Source: a virus (Duplodnaviria > Caudoviricetes). Taken from it: DNA of 64,000 nucleotides. The stretch spans positions 128,001 through 192,000 of the IMG/VR virus record IMGVR_UViG_3300001580_000006. The stretch is one strand, 5' to 3'. Of the stretch, positions 1 through 9,083 are shown piece by piece; position 1 is the first letter of the stretch; each line of letters opens with the position of its first letter. A program made the translations under genes and the position numbers. The notes under the pieces were generated by a model. It was given only the letters and a program-made list of their open reading frames with translations, had not been told where the DNA came from and made no database searches.

Positions 1-523
1 CAATAATGGCAGTTTTACCAACACCAGCAGGTCCTACTAGTACAGGATTTGCTTTGTTACGACGCATTAGGGTCTGAACGATGGCATCTATAATATCCTG
101 TCTTCCATATACTGGGTCCAGCTCTCCATCAATAGCTTCTTTGGTTATATTCCTAGTTATCTTACCTAGTAGGAAGCCAGAGTCAGATATATAATGACAG
201 CGCTGGGTAAGCAGATCTATATCAGCTTTAGGTTGCTCTACTACAATGTCATCAGATATAATGCCTAGCTTCCTACATATTCCTATAAGGTCATCTATGT
301 CTGTATAATGTTTTTGACTTGTATTGGCTAAGTCTTTTAGAACGCAGTCTAAGACTTTGTCGGCCTTAATGTTATCCATCAACGGTACTGCTGAAAATTT
401 ATCCGGTGCTAATTCATATATCGCAGTTATGATGGCTACACGTTCTGGCGTATTGGCCAAAATCAGCTCGTTTATGCGGCGTAGCGCTGAGACAAGTCTA
501 AACGAATACAGAGCAGATTTCAT
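1..523 (-). CDS. ClpA/B/C-family AAA+ ATPase, 5' part only (runs off window; absent from ORF track)
   Basis: Manual translation from ATG at 523: ...DGELDPVYGRQDIIDAIVQTLMRRNKANPVLVGPAGVGKTAII, the ClpB/ClpC NBD1 signature with Walker A. Confidence 0.88.
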   Translation of the reverse strand, partial: MKSALYSFRLVSALRRINELILANTPERVAIITAIYELAPDKFSAVPLMDNIKADKVLDCVLKDLANTSQKHYTDIDDLIGICRKLGIISDDIVVEQPKADIDLLTQRCHYISDSGFLLGKITRNITKEAIDGELDPVYGRQDIIDAIVQTLMRRNKANPVLVGPAGVGKTAII

Positions 524-1206
524 TACTGAATCGCATTCTCATTTGGGTTTCGAATGTTGTCAAACACCTGTTCGATCATATTGACTATCTTATCCTCGTC
601 ATACATATAGCCCATCTCGCGTAGAAGAATCTCCTGGCTACCGAAGTCTATCTTTGACCCGGTTCCGGGGTCCTGGTAACCGAACATGAAGAACTTGTAG
701 TTATTGATTGGGTGGTAGACATTCTTCGACTTCATGTAGTAGATCCTGCCTAGTCCGAAAGCGGCGCAAGCTCTACGGAACGCATCAGTAGCAGCTGACT
801 TCACCACCTCAGTATTGCCCCTGAACTCGCCTTCGTTGCCAGCAACGGCATCGCCTTCGCCTACTTCTTGACGAGAGATAATACCCATATCGGTCTTGAT
901 GGATATAGTGCACTTGACGGCAGCGGTCATACGTTTGTCTGTCTTGGTAACATCAGCTATCTGAATCTCAGAGTTCCAGTTGTGCGTGCCAATCCTACGA
1001 TCAAGCTCTTCCTGAGCTTTCTGCTTATCATAGTACACTAGAACTGAAGCACAGGGACGTTTGCCAAACTTCTGGTGGTTGAATTCCTTGATGACGCTCC
1101 CGGGCCGTAGGCTAAGAGCCTGGCCAGGAAACGGAATGGATAGCAGCGTGCTTAGGTGGGTGGCCGGTACACCATCTTTGAATATTAGGTCTGCGTTGGT
1201 TTTCAT
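523..1206 (-). CDS. Rad52/Rad22-family (Sak-like) single-strand annealing protein
   Basis: ELDRRIGTHNW and KSAATDAFRRACAAFGLGRIYY motifs typical of Rad52_Rad22. Confidence 0.8.
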   Translation of the reverse strand: MKTNADLIFKDGVPATHLSTLLSIPFPGQALSLRPGSVIKEFNHQKFGKRPCASVLVYYDKQKAQEELDRRIGTHNWNSEIQIADVTKTDKRMTAAVKCTISIKTDMGIISRQEVGEGDAVAGNEGEFRGNTEVVKSAATDAFRRACAAFGLGRIYYMKSKNVYHPINNYKFFMFGYQDPGTGSKIDFGSQEILLREMGYMYDEDKIVNMIEQVFDNIRNPNENAIQ

Positions 1207-1231
1207 TGTAGGTCTCCTATTGTTTTGTTTT

Positions 1232-1384
1232 CTATCTAGCTATGATAATGCCAGCTGTCGAACTTAATATTCTCGTAGCTTTTTCGTGGCATTTATCGCA
1301 CTCCACTGGTTCATTGCTTTGCGACATAGGAACTATCCTCTCAAAGGTGTTCCCACACTTGCATTGATACTCGTAGGTTGGCAT
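1232..1384 (-). CDS. FmdB-like zinc-ribbon protein, 50 aa (absent from ORF track)
   Basis: MPTYEYQCKCGNTFE...VECDKCH...RILS pattern. Confidence 0.75.
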   Translation of the reverse strand: MPTYEYQCKCGNTFERIVPMSQSNEPVECDKCHEKATRILSSTAGIIIAR

Positions 1385-1427
1385 TAGTTTTCTCACCTTA
1401 GTATGTGTTCTTGCGTAATATAATTAT

Positions 1428-1715
1428 TTATTCTTTGTGTACCACTAACGAACCGCGTCTAAGTGCATAGCCTATATTAGTAATCGGTTTCCTAAATAGG
1501 TCTGTTCTGGTGAGGTACTGTGTAGAACTATCTATACTATTAAATATACTATATCTACCATTCTTATTCTTCTTTATGGTCTTTATAGACAATACCCCAC
1601 CGCTCAGTACTATAGCAAACTCATGCTCTTCATTATCGGCTAGTAGTGGAAAGAACTCGGCTTCTGATATTGGCTCCCACCCCATAAGGCTCCTATTCGT
1701 TAATATGAATACCAC
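1428..1715 (-). CDS. hypothetical protein
   Basis: ORF in minus-strand gene run. Confidence 0.5.
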   Translation of the reverse strand: MVFILTNRSLMGWEPISEAEFFPLLADNEEHEFAIVLSGGVLSIKTIKKNKNGRYSIFNSIDSSTQYLTRTDLFRKPITNIGYALRRGSLVVHKE

Positions 1716-2145
1716 TGCGCAGCTTTCTAGATAAGTCTATTAAACCAGGTAAAAATGGTCTGTAGTACTTTAGAATGGCTGCAAATACATATTCCATTTC
1801 CTCTGCTACTTTGTCATCGTGTTCTTCAAGCTGGTCGTCAGTAAGATTCTTTTTAGCTATATCATCTCTGCACAGCTGTGGTATGTGAACTAACTCATGA
1901 AATACTGATATAGCCTTATCAGCATCTGACTGATTTCTTTTTACGAATATAGTTAGTAGCCCAAACGAGGACTTCCTAGACTTATTCTTTTTCGAAGGTG
2001 CGTGCTGCTCTATATAAGCAGTGCACTCCCTGAGATATGACGTTTCTATTATGAATACGTTTTTGCAAATCTCAATTATTTCCCAGTCAGGCTGTATGCT
2101 AATGTCGTATGCGTCAAATGTACGCTTGCATGATGCTACCGACAT
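1693..2145 (-). CDS. hypothetical protein with HExxH (possible zincin metallopeptidase)
   Basis: SVFHELVH motif. Confidence 0.45.
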   Translation of the reverse strand: MSVASCKRTFDAYDISIQPDWEIIEICKNVFIIETSYLRECTAYIEQHAPSKKNKSRKSSFGLLTIFVKRNQSDADKAISVFHELVHIPQLCRDDIAKKNLTDDQLEEHDDKVAEEMEYVFAAILKYYRPFLPGLIDLSRKLRSGIHINE

Positions 2146-2200
2146 GCTTTGTCCGTCTTCGGTATTACTCTTATAGTCGGCTTGCCGGCATTAAGAACCT

Positions 2201-2545
2201 TTAATACTTTACTAGCACGCCCGATTTTAGTTGCTCTTGCAATAGCCATATAAAGAACTTCATCCTTTCAGCTTGAGGCCATGATTTTACCACAAAATCT
2301 ATGAATAAGTCAAGCATTATTTTTTGGTAATAGTTGCGGTTATGTACTTGCTTAGACCAGAATGACTTAAACCCCTGCTTGTGCTCACCTTCTATATGGT
2401 GTTTTTTACACAACGGTATAGCTGTCATGTCACTAGCTTTAAGTGCCATTCCGCCGCCATCTTCGTGTGCAGCTTCCGATACTTGGCCACAAAGAACGCA
2501 GGGCTTTGATCTAATAAACTTAAGGTACTGATCTCCGTATTTCAT
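2201..2545 (-). CDS. DUF968/NinG-like Zn-binding His-Me nuclease-type protein
   Basis: FIRSKPCVLCG...AAH...KASD..AIPLCKKHH. Confidence 0.6.
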   Translation of the reverse strand: MKYGDQYLKFIRSKPCVLCGQVSEAAHEDGGGMALKASDMTAIPLCKKHHIEGEHKQGFKSFWSKQVHNRNYYQKIMLDLFIDFVVKSWPQAERMKFFIWLLQEQLKSGVLVKY

Positions 2546-2958
2546 AGGTTGTCTAAATAACTTGCTATGGATGGATGATATGTCTTCACCGGCCCATAGT
2601 TAGTCCACACTATGAAAGTTTTTGTAACATTGTATGAAGGAGATAGTTGTACCCTATCTCCAACACGCACAGCTCCACACCACACATGCGTTCCATCCTG
2701 ACCGTTCTCTAAAAACGTAACGTCTGGTGGAATTTCTCGTAAGATTTTCTCTCCTCTTACAGTTGGCGAGAATGACTCCCTAGCGGCCACTAGATTATCT
2801 GTAATAGTTTTATATGTGAAGTTGCAGGATATTGGCCTACCTTCTACAAATATGTATCCGGTTGACTCATGTATGTCATCTGTAGGTGCCATTTCTACAA
2901 CATCGCCGCGTTTTACAGAAGAACCGAATGCTTGCTTATGAACTATGTATAACCTCAT
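2542..2958 (-). CDS. hypothetical protein, 'TNYGP' paralog family
   Basis: Shares RVGD and TNYGPV motifs with 11678..12280 and related motifs with 12180..12668. Confidence 0.55.
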   Translation of the reverse strand: MRLYIVHKQAFGSSVKRGDVVEMAPTDDIHESTGYIFVEGRPISCNFTYKTITDNLVAARESFSPTVRGEKILREIPPDVTFLENGQDGTHVWCGAVRVGDRVQLSPSYNVTKTFIVWTNYGPVKTYHPSIASYLDNL

Positions 2959-3953
2959 TCTACTTCGTCTACGACTGCCTTCTTTGGTGCAACCGTTTTG
3001 ACGGCCTCCATTATTTTAGCTTTTATGCTATCCGCTTCGCTGGCATTATCCTTCAACCATGTTATGGTATTGGCTCTACCATTGGCTATCTTATTCTCGC
3101 CGTACACAAACCAAGCACCAGCTTTTGATAGAACACCATACTTTATGCCGATATCTAAAATCTCCCCGGTAGAGTTAATGCCCTCGCCAAAGATGATTTC
3201 AAACTCAGCTTCACGGAATGGCGGAGCTAGTTTATTCTTCTGGACTACCACCTTGGTCATCTTGCCAGTCTTAACTTCGCCTTCTTTTATCATTTCGGTT
3301 TGGGTTACACGAAGTCTTACCGATGACCAGAACTTTAGGGCTAAACCACCAGGAGTAGTCTCTGGGTTGCCAAACATCACACCAATCTTAAGTCTGGTCT
3401 GGTTGGTAAACGCAACCAAGGTATTAGTTTTAGATGCATTACCAACAATTTTACGAAGAGCCTGGCCCATAAGCCTAGCCTGTAGGCCCATGTGGGAGTC
3501 ACCCATGTCGCCCTCTAGTTCAGCCTTTGGAACTAAGCCGGCCACTGAGTCGATTACTATAATTCCATACTCACCGGCTGCGCACGCTTGGTCAACTACA
3601 TCTAGTGCCATCTCTCCATAATCTGGTTGGTGATAGTCCATGGCTTCTACGTCGACACCTAGCTTAGCTGCATACACTTTGTCTAGAGCAAACTCTGCGT
3701 CAACATATAGAGCTTTAGCGCCACGTTTCTGAGCTTGAGCTATTAGACTAAGGCACAGCGTAGTCTTACCAGACATTTCTGGTCCATATATCTCTATAAC
3801 TCTGCCTCGTGGCATACCACCAATACCTAGAGCTACATCCAGACCAAGTGATCCGGTGGGTATAAAGTCTACTATTTCTGGGGCGTCGTTGAACGTTTGT
3901 ATAGTACCCTTACCATACTTTTTATTTATACTTGCAATGAACTCACCGGCCAT
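2955..3953 (-). CDS. recA: RecA recombinase
   Basis: GPEMSGKTT Walker [38 protein letters not shown]. Confidence 0.97.
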   Translation of the reverse strand: MAGEFIASINKKYGKGTIQTFNDAPEIVDFIPTGSLGLDVALGIGGMPRGRVIEIYGPEMSGKTTLCLSLIAQAQKRGAKALYVDAEFALDKVYAAKLGVDVEAMDYHQPDYGEMALDVVDQACAAGEYGIIVIDSVAGLVPKAELEGDMGDSHMGLQARLMGQALRKIVGNASKTNTLVAFTNQTRLKIGVMFGNPETTPGGLALKFWSSVRLRVTQTEMIKEGEVKTGKMTKVVVQKNKLAPPFREAEFEIIFGEGINSTGEILDIGIKYGVLSKAGAWFVYGENKIANGRANTITWLKDNASEADSIKAKIMEAVKTVAPKKAVVDEVE

Positions 3954-4248
3954 TTTTAGTCTCCCATATTTTTAATTGATTAGGATTGTCGTAAAATACA
4001 TCTGCTATTATAGTAACTCGTCGGTGCGGCACTAGCTCCTTTATAGCCTTAACATCGCTGAGTTCAACTAGTGGCTTTCCGCACATACAGTATAGCTCTA
4101 CTGACACTGACTGTATATCATTTTCTGCGGTAGCCCGCTCAGGCGTATGCCAGCCCTCAAGCTGAGTAAACTTACGAGACTTGACTATATACCTATACCC
4201 AAACTTGTCTGAGCACCTGCGGCACTTGAATATTGTTTCCAATATCAA
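3943..4248 (-). CDS. hypothetical Cys-containing protein
   Basis: CRRC and CMCG motifs; in gene run. Confidence 0.45.
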   Translation of the reverse strand: MILETIFKCRRCSDKFGYRYIVKSRKFTQLEGWHTPERATAENDIQSVSVELYCMCGKPLVELSDVKAIKELVPHRRVTIIADVFYDNPNQLKIWETKNGR

Positions 4249-4257
4249 TGGTACTCC

Positions 4258-4602
4258 TTATCCAGAACAGGTTTCACCATACATAAATTCGGATGGTGGA
4301 ATACTACCTTCAATTTTGTGCTTCTTAACCAAGTCAGCTATTTCTTTGTCTACTATAGCACAGGCTTCTGGTATAGTATAGTCTTTTAGAAGCTGCTCAG
4401 CATCCTTTCCAATGCCCCACGCATTGTTATCGTTTACTAAGACAAGCCAATCTCCAATAGTTGTCTGTCCATAGTATGAATCACTATTGTCATTAGCACC
4501 AAGGGCTTTAGCTAGCCTGTCAGCAACAGTTGGAACAGTAATACCAATTATACAAAAGCTGGCGCTTGAGCTATTCGATACGAAACCAGTTCTTACCTTC
4601 AT
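4258..4602 (-). CDS. 'FVSNSSS' N-terminal-motif family protein
   Basis: Starts MKVRTGFVSNSSSASF. Confidence 0.7.
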   Translation of the reverse strand: MKVRTGFVSNSSSASFCIIGITVPTVADRLAKALGANDNSDSYYGQTTIGDWLVLVNDNNAWGIGKDAEQLLKDYTIPEACAIVDKEIADLVKKHKIEGSIPPSEFMYGETCSG

Positions 4603-4886
4603 CCGTTATATCCTCCATCTATGTACCAGTTCAGATTTTCTGCTCTAGCCTCAATACCAACAGAGGCAAGCTGTGCCACTACCCTATTCTTAAACTCTAA
4701 TAGTGTTTCGCTGTCTTTCATGTCTGTTGGTGGCAGTCCTACAAACCTGTCGTCTTCGCAGTATTCTCCGATACCGGAGTGTGACTCCAAATCAGTGCCT
4801 TTTAATGAGCCACAGTCACGCTGTACGCCTAGTATGCAAAAGCTGGAGCTTGAGCTGTTTGAAACGAATCCTTTTCTAATCTTCAT
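4599..4886 (-). CDS. 'FVSNSSS' N-terminal-motif family protein
   Basis: Starts MKIRKGFVSNSSSSSF; ends IDGGYNG. Confidence 0.7.
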   Translation of the reverse strand: MKIRKGFVSNSSSSSFCILGVQRDCGSLKGTDLESHSGIGEYCEDDRFVGLPPTDMKDSETLLEFKNRVVAQLASVGIEARAENLNWYIDGGYNG

Positions 4887-5102
4887 TTTCCTTTGGTGCC
4901 TCCACTATAATTTCTACGTACTCTATGGTCCAAATACCAGCATGGTTTTTGTACGGTACACAGCTAGCTGTATATATGGTCTCGTCTCCTGTAAACTCTT
5001 CTTTGTCAGTCAACCTAAACATAGAGCCATTGGGTACATCCTGAAGTTCACAGTCTAGCCATTTCCCGTCCACCCTATGCTGAAAGTGCCTACCCATCTT
5101 CA

Positions 5103-5615
5103 TTATCGGTCATCTCCACTGCCTTGTAGTACCCCACGGTCTTTACGTGAGTACAGTTTGTTTATGTTCTCTTTTGCTACATCGTCCATTCTTAATCCAA
5201 GCTCAGAACAAGTAGCTGCAATATACCACAGAACGTCGCCAAGCTCTTTACGAACCTGCTCTACGTACTCGGCGTCTAGCTGGTAACTACCGCGATCCCG
5301 TATCATCTTCTTTGTCTTCTCAGCCACCTCTCCAGCTTCACCAGCCAAACCAAGGACGGTGTACTGTACGTTGGTTCCAATATTTGGATATATGGCTACA
5401 CTGTTGGCTTTGTCTTGATATTCATTAAAATCCATTACGCTTCCAGTGCTGTTACAGTATTGGCAAGGCTCTTCTACTTGCTCTGAGCCCCAACTAGTTT
5501 GCTGACCAGCTAAAGATCTATCGCCGGCATCTATAGCCATATCCATTGTTATAGTCATAGACACTGGTTGTTCATAGCATGTAGCTCCTTGGCCGTGGCA
5601 TATCGGGCATCTCAT
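5103..5615 (-). CDS. MazG-like NTP pyrophosphohydrolase with N-terminal Zn finger
   Basis: FNEYQ...LGLAGEAGEVAEK...KELGDVLWY...NINKL; CPICHG and CQYC. Confidence 0.85.
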   Translation of the reverse strand: MRCPICHGQGATCYEQPVSMTITMDMAIDAGDRSLAGQQTSWGSEQVEEPCQYCNSTGSVMDFNEYQDKANSVAIYPNIGTNVQYTVLGLAGEAGEVAEKTKKMIRDRGSYQLDAEYVEQVRKELGDVLWYIAATCSELGLRMDDVAKENINKLYSRKDRGVLQGSGDDR

Positions 5616-5790
5616 ATCTCTCTGCCTTCACTATCGAATACCTTAATACAGTCTGTCAGAAAGTTTTCGACGGTGCTATTGCCATTCTCAATGTCTTCAT
5701 AGAATTTGCTGATAATATCGCCAACATCAGCGTCATTATCAGGAAAATCTACCTCTTCGGTATACGATATTTTTATCTTGTACTTAGCCA

Positions 5791-6930
5791 TCAGTTGTCC
5801 TCCTCCATTCTTTCTGCTAAACCTACTGGTAGAAACGGTATACCGTCCTCTGTAAGGAACTGATATTTAACTACTAACATTTTGCCGATCCAATTTTTGC
5901 GGTCTTTCCAGATTTCAGCGCGCTCTTCCATAGATGTCTTCATTACCACCTTGAAGGTCAGGCCTTTCTTTGCTTCGCAGACAAACACAGCGCAGCCTTT
6001 CATTTTGCCTACGCCTTCCTCAACGTCTACGATTTTAAATTCGCTATCTACGAAGGCTTTCACCTTTAGTAGGTCGGCAGAGCGATGTCCAAACGAATAC
6101 ATTCCTGCTTTAGCCCGAACAATAGCTCCTTCATATCCTTGCTTGACAAACTTAAGGCGTAGCTTTTCCACCTCGTCAGCGTCCTTTGCTTCTACCGTCT
6201 CTACTATTACTAGGTCATTTTCGTTTGACGTAAATGGAGTTGCCAGTTTAAGGCCACTCAGCCTTGCTTCCCACGGTAGTTTACTATCTCCGTCTATGGT
6301 CGGCATATCATAAATGTTGTAACTTATGGCTTCAGAGCCTTCACGATTCTTTTTTACTAAGCGATTGATAGCCTGTAGTCCTATACCATGAACATATAGT
6401 TCACCGTCTAGCACACTCTTTTTATTAGACTTAAAGAATGGCTCTAATGCCTTAACGATGTGCGGGACGTTATATTCTTTTCCACTACGTGAAAGCAACA
6501 CTACGCGCTTTCCGTCCCACCTAGCCAAACAACGTACGCCATCTAGCTTAGGCTGAGCATCTACAGGATATTTTAATTTCTTGTTACGGTCCTCAAATTT
6601 ATGTGCGAGCATGGGTAGCATAAGCTGCTCATTAGCTTCGTCCATAGTCTCAGAATACTTACGATCTAACTTATTCTGCCACAAAGCTTTGGCTTCAAAT
6701 GCAGCCTGAGCTTCAGCGTTACGCTCATTGGACCGGCCAACGTTGGTTGGCTTGGCTTCATACTTAGCAACCTGCTTCTTACCATCTATTTGACCATATT
6801 CGGTACAGACATTCTTTCCTTCAGTCCACACCTTCCATGTAAATATGGCTCCACCCTTACCTTTCTGATAGAGGATGGGGTGCGGGGTGTCAGTTTCCTG
6901 GTGATCTGTATTTCCAAAGTAATGACTCAT
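5791..6930 (-). CDS. ATP-dependent DNA ligase
   Basis: PMLA, QPKLDGVR (motif I), LDGELY, GYEGAIVR, LLKVK. Confidence 0.93.
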   Translation of the reverse strand: MSHYFGNTDHQETDTPHPILYQKGKGGAIFTWKVWTEGKNVCTEYGQIDGKKQVAKYEAKPTNVGRSNERNAEAQAAFEAKALWQNKLDRKYSETMDEANEQLMLPMLAHKFEDRNKKLKYPVDAQPKLDGVRCLARWDGKRVVLLSRSGKEYNVPHIVKALEPFFKSNKKSVLDGELYVHGIGLQAINRLVKKNREGSEAISYNIYDMPTIDGDSKLPWEARLSGLKLATPFTSNENDLVIVETVEAKDADEVEKLRLKFVKQGYEGAIVRAKAGMYSFGHRSADLLKVKAFVDSEFKIVDVEEGVGKMKGCAVFVCEAKKGLTFKVVMKTSMEERAEIWKDRKNWIGKMLVVKYQFLTEDGIPFLPVGLAERMEEDN

Positions 6931-7367
6931 TTTTAGTCCTCCTGCGGACAGGCTCTTTTACCTCTAGCCTTTTTAACGTTTGTAATGTTGTAATCAGAGC
7001 AATCAGCACAAATCTCGCTTAGTAAATTATCGAGTGCCTCCTCGGCCTCTACCTCGTCCTCTGCCGCTATCATTATCTCAGCTGTTACCTTATACCACTT
7101 GTTCATTTACTCCTCTATTATCTCTAAGGCTCCGCAGTCGTTGCCTTCTTGGTCTGAGTTAACCCAGACTTCATATGTCTTTCCTTTGTTTGCAACTTTA
7201 AAACCAAAGCCCTCTTGGTGCTCATCTGTAAAACAACTAGTAATTGTACCACCAATAAGAAGTTGCAGTATCTGCTCAGCCTCGTATGCTGCATTGTGGC
7301 TCATTTATAGTCTCCCGGTTTTGTTTTCAAAGTCGGAGTAGATATTAATCCGCTCCGACTTCTACGC

Positions 7368-7589
7368 TTAGTTGGATTTCTGACGAACCTCGGCGATTAG
7401 GATGGTTCCGCCATTGATGGCCAGGGTCTGAGTTGGGCTCTCCACCAGGACAGAGTTCTGCCTAATCTCAGAGTTCGCACTGATCTCCAAGTGGGCGGTG
7501 TCGATGGCGTCCTGGACGGTGGCGTTATCTTCTAAAGCCACTGGGTTCAGAATGCCAGGCATCTTCCCAATGTTGCAGGTAATGGGCAT
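7368..7589 (-). CDS. ubiquitin-like (beta-grasp) protein of conjugation cluster 1
   Basis: 73 aa; GKMPG..V.LEDNATVQDAI...GGTILI pattern; directly downstream of ThiF/JAB/E2-like genes; C-terminus RQKSN lacks GG. Confidence 0.65.
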   Translation of the reverse strand: MPITCNIGKMPGILNPVALEDNATVQDAIDTAHLEISANSEIRQNSVLVESPTQTLAINGGTILIAEVRQKSN

Positions 7590-7662
7590 CTTTGATACTC
7601 CTTGTTAATGGTTGATTGTTAACTAATCCCAATCGGGATATTATAGCATATAGGGGTGACAA

Positions 7663-8346
7663 TTATTTCCAGTTATCGGTTGCTACATAGAATGGGCGCA
7701 TGCTAACTAGAGTGTGATTAGGGTATGGCCAACCACGGTGATTACATACTAATATGTGTGAAAGCATACCAGATGCTACCTTAAGCGTTGAGCTGATAGC
7801 TCTATTTCTGCAGTCGCCCATTTCATCATCTGGTTTGTCTTCAAACAGCGTGGCCTCCCACTTCTTAATTGAGTCTTGGTCACAAGGGTTAAATGCATAT
7901 AGTCTAAAGACTTCCGATGATAGCCTAGACTCAACAAACAATTTAATGTTTGGGTTGTTCTTAATACTCGATTCCCATAACTTGCGTCTGCTGTCCCAGG
8001 TATCTACAAACAGCATTACTATACCAGATAAGCCGTTTATTTTAATTAGCTTACCTTTCGACTGAATGGGCATGAAATCCATTTCTGATATTTCAGATAC
8101 AATCTCTTTCATAGCCTGCACCTTTGGCCGGCCCCAGTCTGACTTGCGGAACACCTGGTTCGGTATATTGTGGTCCTCTATGGTATCAAAGTCATAGCCT
8201 ATACAATGCTTAACTCCCATTCTTGCAAGGGTTTCTATGACGTTGGATCCTGTAGCACCTACTCCAATAACGTGAACAGGCTCTTTCATTTCTTCTGGGT
8301 TGAATACGTCTAACTGTCTCCAGTAATCTACTTTCATTATTGCCAC
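7663..8346 (-). CDS. ThiF/E1-like adenylating enzyme
   Basis: RQ, GVGATGS, DFDTIEDHNIPNQ, K, FVD; Cys in GDCR; no CxxC Zn motifs. Confidence 0.88.
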   Translation of the reverse strand: MAIMKVDYWRQLDVFNPEEMKEPVHVIGVGATGSNVIETLARMGVKHCIGYDFDTIEDHNIPNQVFRKSDWGRPKVQAMKEIVSEISEMDFMPIQSKGKLIKINGLSGIVMLFVDTWDSRRKLWESSIKNNPNIKLFVESRLSSEVFRLYAFNPCDQDSIKKWEATLFEDKPDDEMGDCRNRAISSTLKVASGMLSHILVCNHRGWPYPNHTLVSMRPFYVATDNWK

Positions 8347-9083
8347 CTTTCCATCCAGTATTTATCTACTTCTGCATACTCTTCAGCTTCTGTCCTCTCG
8401 TCTTCAAAGCGTTCGTGTATTGAGCGATCTATAAAGGGTGTGCTTATTTTAATTGGAATTCTTTTGTCCTTGATGCTATCTTTTATTACTTTGTCGATCT
8501 CGTCTTCGATGCCGTCTTCCATAGGAACGGCAATATACCAAGGAACATCGTCCCATCTCCAACCTTGCTCAAAGTTCATAATGTCTACCCGAGCTGCAAT
8601 ATTGGCGTTGAATATAATTCTGATATACCACGGCTGTGCAGAGGTCTGCAGTTTTTCTGGGTCACCGTGTAGTCTAAACTGATCTTCATCTGGTCCAGAT
8701 GGTGACACTTGGTCATCGTCTCCCCACGGGTGTAGGTGGCCCCAAGCTTTTAGCCTATTTACATCTGTCGGATTACGCTCAGCAGTTTTAAAATAGGCAT
8801 CATACATACCATCAAACGTCATTTCCGTTTCGGCTCCATGGCACTCTTGCTCTGGTATAATAATACCATCGATAAGGTATTCAGACGGTGATACCTTAGT
8901 AACAGTATGGTACCAAGATACTTCCAGCCCCTTTGGCATTCTACGAATAAGCGTAGCTATTCTATTATACACCTCTGGTGTAAACTTAACTACTGGAGGT
9001 TTATCTTTGTTGATTATAGAATATTGCGTTTTGTAGGGACCTCTTCCCTTAACCAATAACGCCTGCTTCGATGGTTCCGGCAT
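8337..9083 (-). CDS. JAB/MPN+ metalloprotease
   Basis: EVSW...IPEQ...WGHLHP...PSGPD (E-HxH-S-D JAMM motif). Confidence 0.82.
   Translation of the reverse strand: MPEPSKQALLVKGRGPYKTQYSIINKDKPPVVKFTPEVYNRIATLIRRMPKGLEVSWYHTVTKVSPSEYLIDGIIIPEQECHGAETEMTFDGMYDAYFKTAERNPTDVNRLKAWGHLHPWGDDDQVSPSGPDEDQFRLHGDPEKLQTSAQPWYIRIIFNANIAARVDIMNFEQGWRWDDVPWYIAVPMEDGIEDEIDKVIKDSIKDKRIPIKISTPFIDRSIHERFEDERTEAEEYAEVDKYWMERWQ

Noticed and set aside
4258-4886. Prepilin-type leader (K/R-x-G-F) in the FVSNSSS proteins
   Set aside because: No hydrophobic helix or Glu+5 follows, and the Gly is not conserved across the eight members.
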